Origin: Candidatus Bathyarchaeota archaeon
Lineage (GTDB): Archaea; Thermoproteota; Bathyarchaeia; Bathyarchaeales; Bathycorpusculaceae
DNA length: 64,000 bases
Assembly (NCBI GenBank): GCA_963826715.1
Contig: CAWGYA010000005.1
Coordinates: 96,001 to 160,000, forward strand
Direction: 5' to 3'
Part shown: in pieces, positions 40,960-51,579 of the stretch
Layout of the letters: each line of letters starts with the position of its first letter
Position numbering within the stretch: position 1 is the first letter of the stretch
Program-made: the position numbers and the translations under genes
Notes under the pieces: model-generated
Database searches by the model: none
Told to the model about the DNA's origin: nothing
Seen by the model: the letters and a program-made list of their open reading frames with translations, nothing else

Positions 40960-41415
40960 TTGGTAATGTTGGCAGAGACAGAACAAATACTTAATGCATC
41001 AACATTTCAAACCTACGTCTATCTTGTTAAGGTTGGAAAACCAGTTGGACCAAGAGATGTAATGCGTGGCGCTAACCTAAGTAGTCCAAGTGTAGCTTAT
41101 AGAAACCTACAAAAACTTATGGAATTGGGTCTAGTTACTAAAGACCCATATGGAAATTATGTTGCTAAGGAAAAGATGGGCCTGAAAGGTTATGTTTGGG
41201 TTGGAAAAACGCTGATTCCAAGGTTTGCCGTTTTTGGTTTGATTTTCATAGGAGTGTTAATCACTGAATTTGTAGTTCTTCTGCCGCATTTATTCTTTGG
41301 TGCTTCAATTGAAGGGGCATTTTGGCTTTTGATCATAGTTACAATCGTTTCGGCAACGATTTTTATGGTCGAAGCTTTAAAATTTCGAAAGAAGACTAAA
41401 TTAGCGAAATCTTGA
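40960..41415 (+). CDS. Membrane-anchored winged-HTH transcriptional regulator
   Basis: PVGPRDVMRGANLSSPSVAYRNLQKLMELGLV (wHTH) followed by two TM helices. Confidence 0.85.
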   Translation: MVMLAETEQILNASTFQTYVYLVKVGKPVGPRDVMRGANLSSPSVAYRNLQKLMELGLVTKDPYGNYVAKEKMGLKGYVWVGKTLIPRFAVFGLIFIGVLITEFVVLLPHLFFGASIEGAFWLLIIVTIVSATIFMVEALKFRKKTKLAKS

Positions 41416-41431
41416 CTTGGTTCAATTATGC

Positions 41432-41449
41432 TGTTCCAGTTCTGGAACA
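41432..41449. promoter_or_regulatory. Palindromic putative operator TGTTCCAG-TT-CTGGAACA
   Basis: 8-bp perfect inverted repeat between the HTH regulator and the next gene, followed by a degenerate second copy (GTTCTGTGAGTAGAAC). Confidence 0.55.
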
Positions 41450-41508
41450 TTTTGTTCTGTGAGTAGAACTAAATCAGAGTTTGTCAACTCTTCGATTGGT
41501 GAACTCTT

Positions 41509-42519
41509 ATGAGTAACATTCAAGAAAAATACTCTTTCAAAATCCGGTTCTGCATATTCATCACAGTAATAGTCTATCTTGTTTATTCGGTGTTTTTTGC
41601 ACTTTATGGTTTACAGTTTAGTGTTCAACTTTCCAAGGATACTTATGTTTACGACTTGATTTCTAAGAACCCACTTTTTTGGCAGATACTGTATTACCTC
41701 AGTGAGGGTGTAACGGGTTCAATTGCTATTGTTCTTAGGGCTTTTGCTGCTTTTTTTGCTGTTATTGCCGCATACTTGTATTGGCGGAAAAAAGATGTAG
41801 CGATGTTATCAGTTCGTAAATATGCTTCAAGGGCGCTGCTTTTAGAAACATCTTTTTTCTTGGCGATTATGCCTTCAATTATTGCTGCGATTGTCTACAA
41901 CTTACCAACTAGTGATTACCTTTTTTACTTTGATCACTCTCCCGAACAGATATTGCTTTTCGGCACAGCCATCCCCTGTCTAGCTATGACTATTACTACA
42001 GTTCCGTTGCTGCTTAAACTTCGATCCAAAATTAATGCTGATGCTCCTCAAAAGGAGATTATAAAGTGGGCTAGTCTTGCTGGAATTGCATACGTTATTG
42101 TTGTTTTCTGGTTCAACTATTGCATGCTCTGGATAGCTAACATGGTGCCCTATCCGCGTGCTAATCAAGTGTTTGGTTTAGATTTTCTTCTTCAACCAAT
42201 TAACTTGGTGTCCTTTGTTGTCACAGTATTTGGACTATTTGTAATAGGTTTAGCTGCTGTGTGGACGCTTCGTCCAGCAATAGACGGAAAAGTAGGTGAA
42301 GTTAACCTTAAAGCCCTAGGCGGAGTAATGATTGCATTCTCATGCTACTTTATTTTCAATACACTCTACTATATAGCAACTGGCGGTTATGAGGCGCATC
42401 CAAGTGTCTGGTACGAAGTTATCAGTCCAATGCATAATGCTAACCTATGGACCATAGCTCTGATAATTATTGGGGTACCCTTGCTTTTTTCGGGTATGAA
42501 GAATGAGGTTATTACATGA
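41509..42519 (+). CDS. Polytopic membrane hypothetical protein
   Basis: About 8 hydrophobic helices; lies downstream of the HTH regulator. Confidence 0.8.
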   Translation: MSNIQEKYSFKIRFCIFITVIVYLVYSVFFALYGLQFSVQLSKDTYVYDLISKNPLFWQILYYLSEGVTGSIAIVLRAFAAFFAVIAAYLYWRKKDVAMLSVRKYASRALLLETSFFLAIMPSIIAAIVYNLPTSDYLFYFDHSPEQILLFGTAIPCLAMTITTVPLLLKLRSKINADAPQKEIIKWASLAGIAYVIVVFWFNYCMLWIANMVPYPRANQVFGLDFLLQPINLVSFVVTVFGLFVIGLAAVWTLRPAIDGKVGEVNLKALGGVMIAFSCYFIFNTLYYIATGGYEAHPSVWYEVISPMHNANLWTIALIIIGVPLLFSGMKNEVIT

Positions 42520-42952
42520 TGAGAAAAGATCTTCGGTAACTTCCTTGAGACATTTTAAGGCATGCTCTATACTTTCTTTTCGAAGGTATTCTTTTGAGGT
42601 AACTTTTCGCATCTTTTTACCCTTCACAATAAATCATAGGTTGCTATTTCATGAGGCGTAATTTCTTTATTATTTTATACCCTAAACTAAATATACTATC
42701 CTATCCACCTACAAACGTCAATTTGTGTGTGTGAGGGACTAAATTTTGGTCCTCAAATATCTGCCCTGAATACTTCTCACCAAGATTTTTTAGAAAGGCC
42801 CAAGAGTTTCATTTACCGCCCTTTTGTTTTTCCAAAATTTTTACTTTTGCAAAAAACCTATAATATTTAAAAACTATTCGTTAAATGAACATTTTTCTTA
42901 AAATAATGTTCATCCGCAAGTTTTATTATATAAAAACCGCAAATTAACTTGA

Positions 42953-43471
42953 GTGCATTTTATGCCGACACAAAAAGAAAATGAACTAAGCCGCGAAAAT
43001 AAAATAATGAATGCAGTAATTAATACTAGTATAATTCTAATGAGTACCTTAATGGATGGTTTTGGTGAACTTATAATTGGTGCAGCAGGCGCAATGGCAT
43101 CGGGAATGGCTGAAATTGCAGGCGGAGAAGGCGCTAAAGAAGAAACCGAAAAAGAATTCAAACAAAAACTACCCCAAGTCTCTGACAAAATGAGAGCAAT
43201 GATATCAGATATAAGAAAAGACTTATATGAACAGAGGGAACAAAAAAGATTAGAAATAAAACCATTTTTATCAGATCCCCTTTTCGATGTTGGACCAGAA
43301 ACCATTGAAAAATACGATTTTGGTATTCCAAAACTAACACAAGAACTCGACGATAACGTCCTTGCACAGTATTCTTATCTGCTTCTCAGTGAAGATGGAA
43401 CATTTGGTGAACTCTTTAGGTCTCTTGGAGAGTGGTTGAACAACCTGCCCACTTTTCCAGAGAAAAAATAG
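42953..43471 (+). CDS. Hypothetical protein
   Basis: 172-aa helical ORF with natural composition. Confidence 0.7.
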   Translation: MHFMPTQKENELSRENKIMNAVINTSIILMSTLMDGFGELIIGAAGAMASGMAEIAGGEGAKEETEKEFKQKLPQVSDKMRAMISDIRKDLYEQREQKRLEIKPFLSDPLFDVGPETIEKYDFGIPKLTQELDDNVLAQYSYLLLSEDGTFGELFRSLGEWLNNLPTFPEKK

Positions 43472-43499
43472 AGCATACGTCATATTAACGAGTCAGTCT

Positions 43500-44549
43500 T
43501 TGATGCTAAGAATTACTCACAAAATAATTGCGGAAAAAATCGCGAGTAATTTGAGCTTTTCACCTCAAAATTCAAATATTTTTGTTGATGGAGTGCTAGG
43601 TCCAGATACCCACGGAGATTTCCCACACAAAACAGGAAAAGATAGCAAAATCCTTCAAAAGATCAGTGAAGCACGCCAAATCTTTTTCTTGAATGACGAT
43701 TGTTCTTATGGAGAACTTGGGACTGCATTACATTATATCCAGGATAAATGGGTAGACGATTTCAAGTTTGTTAATCAAACGAACCTACCCATAGATGATG
43801 ACTCAGTATTCACAGAAAAAATTGAACATAAACAAATGCCTGAAAACCTCAAGCAAGAATATCTTAAAATTGCAAAAATGCTTTTTAGAATAAAAGATTT
43901 TGGAATTGACTCATGGTTTAATCATCAGTGGGGCATTTGGCATAAAGACTTCGCAAGTTGTGTCCTCGTGTTTGCAGACATAGTGGAAATAATGATGTCT
44001 ACTTTGCAACCAAAAAGTACAATATTAAATGACAAAACAAAACTAAAACAATACGTTCTATCAGAAGCATTTAAAACGGCAATTAACGATGGCTTTTTTG
44101 CCTCATTAAAAACAAATTATCTTTATCCAAAAATACAAGGCTACACAGCAGCAATGTTTACACTCTCACTGGTTAGTCCCCCATCAAATCAGAATTACCC
44201 TGAGATTAACCTTCAAATAGTCTATAGACTTAGCCAAGAAATCGCAAGATACACACTTGCTAAACCTGAACAATTCAACTACCCCGATGACTGGACACAT
44301 AAAATTGATCTACGACCTGCAAAAATTGGTTTACTGAAACCACACTATTTAACTCTAATAGAGCGACCAATACAGGAAGTCCACAAAGAGAGGCTATTCA
44401 ATTTCTTTGGCGAAAACCAACATTTTCAGCTTGAATACCTAAATATTCAAAATACGCTATCAACAATAAAACGATCTGAAACCTGGAAGATTATACTTTC
44501 AGAACTAATGGAAATACTCAAAAGAGAAGAAAATAGGTTGCTATTATAA
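43500..44549 (+). CDS. Hypothetical protein with an N-terminal zinc-dependent phospholipase C / P1-nuclease-like domain
   Basis: THKIIA...GVLGPD...FPH...LGTALHYIQD pattern of Zn-dependent PLC family ligands. Confidence 0.6.
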   Translation: MMLRITHKIIAEKIASNLSFSPQNSNIFVDGVLGPDTHGDFPHKTGKDSKILQKISEARQIFFLNDDCSYGELGTALHYIQDKWVDDFKFVNQTNLPIDDDSVFTEKIEHKQMPENLKQEYLKIAKMLFRIKDFGIDSWFNHQWGIWHKDFASCVLVFADIVEIMMSTLQPKSTILNDKTKLKQYVLSEAFKTAINDGFFASLKTNYLYPKIQGYTAAMFTLSLVSPPSNQNYPEINLQIVYRLSQEIARYTLAKPEQFNYPDDWTHKIDLRPAKIGLLKPHYLTLIERPIQEVHKERLFNFFGENQHFQLEYLNIQNTLSTIKRSETWKIILSELMEILKREENRLLL

Positions 44550-45014
44550 GAAAACGTTCAAGGCACGCTTATATCCCCAAATTATACTAATCAACGCCCG
44601 CTTAACTTTAGAACACGTTTCATAGAAATCCCTGGCACCTGCTTCTTTAATGAAGAGGCGCGCTTGTACTTCCCAAGCATCAGGATCAAACTCATCCGGA
44701 CCAAACACCGTGAAATCAACACCCATAAGAAGCAAGTTCAACTTAAGATCCCATATGAGTTCTTTAAATCGACCCAAATCACTTCTTTTTAATAAATCAC
44801 GATCAGATTTTGGAATGTTTACTCTACTAATCAGCAAAAAATATGCATCCGTCGGCTTCTGATGAACAAGTTGTACTTGAGGAAAATTTTTACTTTCAAA
44901 AAAATTTATAACAAAACTAAACTTTGAATAAGGAGACGAATCAAATGTAAATCCAGTCTCCGTAATCCAGCCTTTAACCTCAAAAATAAGTTGTTCACGG
45001 TCAAACGATAACAT
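44544..45014 (-). CDS. Hypothetical protein (DUF2299-like)
   Basis: Likely start MLSFDREQ; 'WITETG' and 'WDLKLNLLLMGVDF' pattern. Family call tentative. Confidence 0.55.
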   Translation of the reverse strand: MLSFDREQLIFEVKGWITETGFTFDSSPYSKFSFVINFFESKNFPQVQLVHQKPTDAYFLLISRVNIPKSDRDLLKRSDLGRFKELIWDLKLNLLLMGVDFTVFGPDEFDPDAWEVQARLFIKEAGARDFYETCSKVKRALISIIWGYKRALNVFL

Positions 45015-45308
45015 TTTAACCAAACTTATGTTAAGGAGATAGTTATTTATAACCAATCCGTGAATTTGTCTCAATTTATGTACTGAAACTTGCAAATTTA
45101 AGATATTTTTTCTTAAACATGCAGTAGATTTTAGGCTTCATCGGTCTTCAAAAAATTGGATAGTCATAGCAATCGATTACGAGCGGTGGGGGATTTAACT
45201 CTTAATATATTGACCCAAACAAGAAAATTATTGAGACCACTTTGATCTTCCTAAGTGACTTTCCTTTTTCAAAGAAAATTTAGTTTTCACAATATAGAGC
45301 TTCGTCAT

Positions 45309-48300
45309 TTAGGAATGAAAATTGAGGGTGAATTTTGTCCCCTTTTCGCTTTCACTCTCAAAAGTCACGGTTCCACTCATTGCTTCTGTCAGTTTCTTAA
45401 CTACGGCTAAGCCGAAGCCTTGACCTTTAGCTTTAGTAGTAAACAATGGCTTGAACATGTTGCTCTTAGCTTCTTCAGGTATGCCAGTCCCGTTATCTTC
45501 AACAGTAATAATTGCATTATCTTTCTGGCGGCAAGCTCTTATTGTCAGTTTACCTGTAATGGGCATAGCTTGAACCGCATTGGAAACTAGATTTGTTATT
45601 ATCCTCTTCAAATAAGACTCATCTAAAATGAGCATCGGGAAGTTTTTTTCCATTAAAATAGAGACAGTTATCCGTTGAGGAATATTGGCTTCCGATAATA
45701 TTTCTTGAATTATTTCTTTCACGTTAACTGGGGCTAATTGAGGTACCTGTTTTCTTGCAAAATCTTGAAGGTCAGAAACTATCTTGTTGATGTAACCCAA
45801 GTTCTTTTCTATGCTCCCTAAACTCTCACTGATACTCTTTTTCTCTTCGCTTTCAGGAATAGAAGCCAAATCTGACTTGACCAAATAAATATCACAGGTA
45901 ATCGCTTGTAATGGATTACGAATATCGTGACCCACCATGCCTGCAGTTTTTCCGATAGTTGCCAAAATTTCAGAGTCCACAAGTTCCCCCGCTTGTTCTA
46001 TAACTTGATGTTCCAAAGTTGCGGTGTGAAGTTTCCGGTTATTTTCCCATACCTTAATCTCCGTTATGTCAGAAAAGGACAAGACTGCTCCACCTACCTT
46101 CTTTTCATAGGTTATATAGGGGCGAATCCTCATCTGGTACCATCGGTCCTTCGCATTAATTTCTTTTCTAATTATAATTAGTTTAGTTGTCACTTCTGAA
46201 AGTTCTTTTTCCAATTCTTCCGTCGGAATACCCAGCCGAATCTCAACTATTGAATGTTCAATATCGCTGGAGGTAAGCCTTAAAAGCTCTTGAGCTGAAC
46301 TCGTAAAGCGTTTTATCTTAAATTCATTGTCAACAATAACTACAGCTGTGTCAATGTTGTCCATAAGGTTGACAAGGTCATCATTCAAATTCGAAACAGT
46401 TTGATTGCGATTCTTAAGTTCATCATTTAAAGTAGTCAGTTCCTCATTAGTCGACTGCAGCTCTTCTTTAGCAGTTTCTAACTCCTCGTTGGTGCTCATC
46501 ATCTCTTCATTGCCAGATTGGAGTTCTTCCAAAGAAGAATTGAGCTCCTCATTGGTTGCTTCTTGCTGTTCTATAACAGTCTGCAATGTTTGCTTAGTAG
46601 ATTCTAACCATTCACTTAACTCTTTGATTTGTTGGTCCTTTACACTTTCAGTTTCGAGTTGAACGTTTGTGAGTTCAGTCGATTGGTGCGAAGGTATTAT
46701 TTTGGTGTCTTCCTTGAACAACACAAGAAAGAAACTATCTTCTTTTTCCGAAATGATTATGGGTTTTATTTTGATTGTAACAGTTTTTGTTTGATTATTC
46801 TGTTCAACGCAAACGGTCTCTGTTTTTTCTTTTTTATCTTTTTTTGCTCTATAAACAGCCGACTGAAGGGCAGGTCGTAGTTCTTTTTGAACTATTTTAG
46901 TTACGTTTAAAGTTGCTGTGCCTGCCTCAATTGATAGGTAGGGGTCAACTTTCCCTCGGAACCCCAACACATCCAAGTTACTATTAATAACCAGGGAAGC
47001 CGGAACAAATTCCGACATTAAAAGTCGATCAACTTCCTTTTCCAACAGTGTTATCGAATCGTTTTTACGGGGTTGCTCAAATGTTTTTTTCAAAAAGTAT
47101 GGTTGGGAGACTTCCGTTCGAAAATCCATTCTGGGTTGAGTTAGTTTCTTCTTAAAAATCACACCCTTACTCGTCATTGGTTCAAAGAGATAGGTGAATT
47201 TTCCTATGCTTTCAGATTCTCCCAGCGTTAGGTAGCCGTTGGGTTTTAATCCATAGTGGAAGAAGGGTATTATTTTTTCTTGGAGCTTTGTGTCAAAATA
47301 TATGAGTAAATTTCTGCAGACAATCAGGTCCAGATTCGAAAATGGGGGGTCATTTGTCAGGTCATGTTTTGCGAATATGCACATATCACGAATTTGCTTT
47401 GTTATCTGGTAATTCCCATTGATTGCTAAGAAGAACTTTTTTATTCGTTTTTCTGAAATACTGCCTTCTATGGTTTTGAGATAGATTCCCCGCCGTGCTT
47501 TTTCGATGTTTTTATCGTTAACATCTGTTCCAAAAACTTGGATTTGAGTATCAAGTATATTTTTTTCTTCCAGAAATTCTTGGATTGCTATTGCGATGGA
47601 ATAGGCTTCTTCTCCTGTTGAGCATCCGGGAACCCAAACTCGTATGAGTTGGTTGGATGGTTTTTTTTCAGTTAGTGTATGGAAGATATTCTTTTTTAAA
47701 AGTGAGAATGTTTGGGGTTCTCTGAAAAAACCTGTTACTCCTATTAGTAGGTCTTCAAACAGGGCTTGAACTTCATCTTTATGGGTTCTCAAGTATTCAA
47801 CGTATTTTTTTAAGGATTCAATATTTTTCAGGACCATGCGCCGACTTATACGTCGGTCTGTTGTGGTTTTTTTGTAGTTCGTGAAATTCACGTTCAAAGT
47901 TGCTTTTAGGATAGCAAATATTGCTTGTTTGTCATTTCCTCCCTCTTCAGATTGCACTCCGGTGGGTTCTATTTTTTGGCGGATGATCTCGGGGTGCTTG
48001 GCGATTTCAGCTAGTTCGTGGGCTATCTTTACTGGAGGTAGCACGATGTCTACAGTATCTTCAGAAATAGCATTGTTGGGCATGTCGGGGTACTGGGCGG
48101 ATTTTGGGTCTTGGGCAAATGTGATTCCGCCTTCCCCTTTTATGAACTTTAATCCTTCTGTTCCATCGGAGCCTGTTCCTGAAAGTATGATTCCTCTTGC
48201 CTGAGTTTTGCGCTCTTGGGCTAACGAAACAAGAAATTCATCGATGGGTTTATTAAATTCACGTTTTGGTTTAAGCTTTAGCGTGCCATCTTCAATAGTC

Positions 48301-48623
48301 ATAGTTACTCCGGAAGGAATTACATAAATACGATTTGATTCAATTTTTTCTCCATTTTCAACTTTATCTACTGGCATTTTGGTGAATCTGGAGAGTATTT
48401 CAGGCAACATGCTTTCTTGACCCGCCGCAAGGTGCTGAATAACTACAAAGGCAAATCCAGTGTTTTCAGGTAAATTCTCCAACAATAATTTGATTGCCTC
48501 AAGACCGCCTGCTGAAGCTCCTATCCCGACAATCGGGAAAGTTAAGTTAGGATTGCTAATAACTTCCATTTTTTTGCTTTCTAGACGCACACCAATATTT
48601 TGCAAAAATAAACCTTCAAACAA
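45309..48623 (-). CDS. CheB-CheR-PAS histidine kinase fusion
   Basis: GASAGG/QHL/GTGSDG (CheB-like), VTGFFRE/PGCSTGEE/CRNLLIYF (CheR), EELQSxNEE coiled coil, PAS, HDIRNPL (HisKA), NAVQA/DNGTG/GFGL (HATPase). Confidence 0.93.
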   Translation of the reverse strand: MFEGLFLQNIGVRLESKKMEVISNPNLTFPIVGIGASAGGLEAIKLLLENLPENTGFAFVVIQHLAAGQESMLPEILSRFTKMPVDKVENGEKIESNRIYVIPSGVTMTIEDGTLKLKPKREFNKPIDEFLVSLAQERKTQARGIILSGTGSDGTEGLKFIKGEGGITFAQDPKSAQYPDMPNNAISEDTVDIVLPPVKIAHELAEIAKHPEIIRQKIEPTGVQSEEGGNDKQAIFAILKATLNVNFTNYKKTTTDRRISRRMVLKNIESLKKYVEYLRTHKDEVQALFEDLLIGVTGFFREPQTFSLLKKNIFHTLTEKKPSNQLIRVWVPGCSTGEEAYSIAIAIQEFLEEKNILDTQIQVFGTDVNDKNIEKARRGIYLKTIEGSISEKRIKKFFLAINGNYQITKQIRDMCIFAKHDLTNDPPFSNLDLIVCRNLLIYFDTKLQEKIIPFFHYGLKPNGYLTLGESESIGKFTYLFEPMTSKGVIFKKKLTQPRMDFRTEVSQPYFLKKTFEQPRKNDSITLLEKEVDRLLMSEFVPASLVINSNLDVLGFRGKVDPYLSIEAGTATLNVTKIVQKELRPALQSAVYRAKKDKKEKTETVCVEQNNQTKTVTIKIKPIIISEKEDSFFLVLFKEDTKIIPSHQSTELTNVQLETESVKDQQIKELSEWLESTKQTLQTVIEQQEATNEELNSSLEELQSGNEEMMSTNEELETAKEELQSTNEELTTLNDELKNRNQTVSNLNDDLVNLMDNIDTAVVIVDNEFKIKRFTSSAQELLRLTSSDIEHSIVEIRLGIPTEELEKELSEVTTKLIIIRKEINAKDRWYQMRIRPYITYEKKVGGAVLSFSDITEIKVWENNRKLHTATLEHQVIEQAGELVDSEILATIGKTAGMVGHDIRNPLQAITCDIYLVKSDLASIPESEEKKSISESLGSIEKNLGYINKIVSDLQDFARKQVPQLAPVNVKEIIQEILSEANIPQRITVSILMEKNFPMLILDESYLKRIITNLVSNAVQAMPITGKLTIRACRQKDNAIITVEDNGTGIPEEAKSNMFKPLFTTKAKGQGFGLAVVKKLTEAMSGTVTFESESEKGTKFTLNFHS

Positions 48624-48813
48624 ATAATAATACTTTTTAGGTGACTTTTAGCAATAAAGTTTGCGGTAATTGAGGAAACGACTTCTTAACTTTCTTGAAG
48701 AAGCGCAAAAGAGCTTCAAGCTAAAGATTGTTAGGTATGTGCTGTTGACCATTGAAATATGGTTCCTTAACTAAACATCGGTATAGTCGTCCAAGTAATG
48801 AGGTGGCTTATTA

Positions 48814-48969
48814 TCATTCTTTATATAATGATTCTTTTGCTTCTTCTGTGAGGTCTTTTTCTTCTTCAACAAATTCGTCAAGAGATTTTGCAAGAAGCTC
48901 TGCTTGTTCCTCAGTAAAACCATATTCTATTAACGATTTCTTGAAACGCGTTCGATCCTCAAATGGCAT
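48814..48969 (-). CDS. Small acidic hypothetical protein
   Basis: Manual translation MPFEDRTRFKKSLIEYGFTEEQAELLAKSLDEFVEEEKDLTEEAKESLYKE. The + strand ORF here is its shadow. Confidence 0.45.
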   Translation of the reverse strand: MPFEDRTRFKKSLIEYGFTEEQAELLAKSLDEFVEEEKDLTEEAKESLYKE

Positions 48970-49172
48970 CCAAGGCACCAATATATCATAAGTCGCTCAA
49001 TCTAATTAACAATTTCCAAAAATCTGCCAATAGATGACATTGGAATGTGAACACGAAGATATTTTCCCCGTAATCCACTCTTTTAATGCGCCCACTTTGT
49101 TTGAATATTAACTGTTTGTGAAATTGTTATAAATTGCTTGTAGGTAAGTTATAGTTTCAGAGGTTGTTTTAG

Positions 49173-49394
49173 TTGAAATTTAAAATTGAAATTGATAGAG
49201 AGAACTGTATTGCTTGTGGAACATGTTACTCTTTAGACCCTGTTCATTTTGAACCTAGCGAAGACCGAAAATCAAAAGTGGTGGGTGGAAGTACCAATGA
49301 AAAATCTGAAGGCTCATTTGATGATGATAAACTGGATGACGCTCAAGAAGCTGAAGAATCTTGCCCTGTAAACGTCATAAAAGTTACGACTTAG
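49173..49394 (+). CDS. Monocluster ferredoxin
   Basis: CIACGTC...CPVNVI. Confidence 0.9.
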   Translation: MKFKIEIDRENCIACGTCYSLDPVHFEPSEDRKSKVVGGSTNEKSEGSFDDDKLDDAQEAEESCPVNVIKVTT

Positions 49395-49664
49395 TCCTAA
49401 CCTAACATGCAATATGGTAATTCCTGTGCTTATTTTATCCCACGTTAGTTGAAACTCTCTTCGGGTCTGAGGGTTCAACATCAACCAATTTTCTATCCAC
49501 AAAAGGATAAAGATCGACGAATAAGAAATTTCAATTTCTTCTTTATCTAACAAATCATTCTAAGTATGTTTTTGACAATGGAAACAAACACAAAATAGAT
49601 AAACCCTGTTTGACGGCAGAGGGTCCTTAAGGACCAACAAAAAATGTTGGAAATTTATTGTTTA

Positions 49665-49952
49665 TTAAGGCTTTGCGAGGGTTATTTCCATCGTGGAAAC
49701 CATTCGAGATCTGTTTTCGCCTTCACGTGGTGGCATTTCAACGGTGCCAATTGCCAGGTTTTTCACTTTCAGGTCTTTTATGAAGCGGTGCCTTGCGATT
49801 TCTGCGCAGTCAACTGCAGTGGTGATTGCTTGGCCTCTTGCTTTTAGAGTTATTTCTTTTTGGGATCCGGAAAATGCGGTTATGATGGCGAGTACATAGC
49901 TCATTGGTGGTTTGTTTCCGACGAAAATTACGTCATTAGATTTTTCAGTCAT
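49665..49952 (-). CDS. albA: DNA/RNA-binding protein Alba
   Basis: FVGNKPPMSYVLA, LKARGQAITTAVD, VSTMEITL. Confidence 0.95.
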   Translation of the reverse strand: MTEKSNDVIFVGNKPPMSYVLAIITAFSGSQKEITLKARGQAITTAVDCAEIARHRFIKDLKVKNLAIGTVEMPPREGENRSRMVSTMEITLAKP

Positions 49953-50188
49953 ATACTTTTCACTTCTGAGTTTTAATGTAATCCTTGATTATATAACTAC
50001 CGCTGTTTCAGAAACTTCTGAAGGGATTGTGTAGGGAATTCTATTGAGCAAGGTCCTATTCTAAATCTAATATTAGAAAAAATAAGAATAATTAATGAAA
50101 GTCTGTTTCTATTCTCCACAATCCATTAATCATTTTACAGAAATGAACACTTTTAAGACTGTTTTTGCAGTAATATTTTGGGATATCC

Positions 50189-50719
50189 ATGGATTTTAAT
50201 GATGTTGTTTCATCAAGAAAAAGCGTTCGAGGATATTCAGACAAACCCGTTGAAGAAGAAAAACTCATGAAAGTACTCGAGGCTGCAAGGTTAGCACCTT
50301 CGTGGGCGAATAAACAATGTTGCAGGTACATCGTTGTCAAAGACGCGATCAAAATTCAAGAACTCTCCGGAAACTTTGGATGGCTCAAGCAGGCCCCTAT
50401 CATATTAGTTGCCTGTGCTGATCCAAAAGATTCAGGTGATCGAAACGGCATGAAATATTTTCTTGTAGATGTGGGTATTTCTATGCAGCAACTGGTTTTG
50501 ACAGCAACCAATTTAGAACTCGGGACATGTTGGATTGGCGCATTTGATGAAGAAAAAATCAAAAGAGCTTTGAACATTCCAGAAAACGTCAAGGTCGTAG
50601 CGATGACACCTTTAGGTTACCCCGACAAAGAGGGGATTGGAAGCAAAATTCTTAAAGCTGCTATAGGAAGTGGAAAACGAAAAACTTTAGAGGAAATTGT
50701 TCACCGCGAAAAATGGTGA
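50189..50719 (+). CDS. Nitroreductase family protein
   Basis: RKSVRGY, ARLAPSWANKQ, LGTCWIG, PLGYP. Confidence 0.92.
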   Translation: MDFNDVVSSRKSVRGYSDKPVEEEKLMKVLEAARLAPSWANKQCCRYIVVKDAIKIQELSGNFGWLKQAPIILVACADPKDSGDRNGMKYFLVDVGISMQQLVLTATNLELGTCWIGAFDEEKIKRALNIPENVKVVAMTPLGYPDKEGIGSKILKAAIGSGKRKTLEEIVHREKW

Positions 50720-50771
50720 AGGCTAAAGTACCCGAACAGGATACCGAAGCTAAATAATTTAGTAATTGAAG

Positions 50772-51065
50772 TTAAACATGTGGTGCCGTGAGCAGTTTGG
50801 TGGCTTCAGCCTCAGTCCATGCTTTCATCGTCATTGTGCGGATGTTTCCAATACTGGCTGTGCACAAAGCAATTGCTGCCATGTCTTCATCCTTTGGAAT
50901 TTCAACTAGAAGAACAAAATCATATTTTCCCATTGTTGTGAAGAACTGCATTTTACCTCCGGCCTTTTCAATCATTTTTCTGCTTTGATTGAGTCTTTCC
51001 GGAAGCTCCACGATATTTTTTATTCCTTGTTCGGTCCAGTTTCCTAAAACAATAAAATTCGACAA
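50772..51065 (-). CDS. GYD domain protein
   Basis: WTEQGIKN...TMGKYDFV...GNIRTMTM. Confidence 0.85.
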   Translation of the reverse strand: MSNFIVLGNWTEQGIKNIVELPERLNQSRKMIEKAGGKMQFFTTMGKYDFVLLVEIPKDEDMAAIALCTASIGNIRTMTMKAWTEAEATKLLTAPHV

Positions 51066-51317
51066 AAATTATCACCAATATGACTTTGAAAAATTGGCTA
51101 TAAAAGGATTCTGGACGTCGAAAAACACCTTTCTAAATTCTCACAACTTCGCATTATGTTTTTTCGATATTTCTGTGGTTTAGAAAATCTTACCAAGAAC
51201 TATTTTGTTCATTTCACTTAGTCTGAGCGAGGAGCTTGAACTGTATTGTTGTTCTACACATAAACTATATTGTGTAGTGATTAATATGATTTAATAGATT
51301 CTTTCTATAATCCATAT

Positions 51318-51560
51318 TTGGAGACAATATTGAAACAAACGGTTATAGAAAATTACCGAATCAGCGTCGTCATAAATTGTGTAAAATTTGGTTTAGACGC
51401 CTTCTTAATTGTTGCCGGTGTTTACCTAAGTGTTTATGCTGAATTCATAAATATTTCTCCAGCACACGAGATTATAAAATTCTTTATTTTAGGTATTTTT
51501 TGTATAGCCACTGGGTTAACTTCTATCGCTACCTTGATCTATAGGAACTACCGCAAATGA
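51318..51560 (+). CDS. Small membrane protein
   Basis: Two hydrophobic helices and a basic C-terminus. Confidence 0.5.
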   Translation: METILKQTVIENYRISVVINCVKFGLDAFLIVAGVYLSVYAEFINISPAHEIIKFFILGIFCIATGLTSIATLIYRNYRK

Positions 51561-51579
51561 TATGGTTAAATTTTGTATT

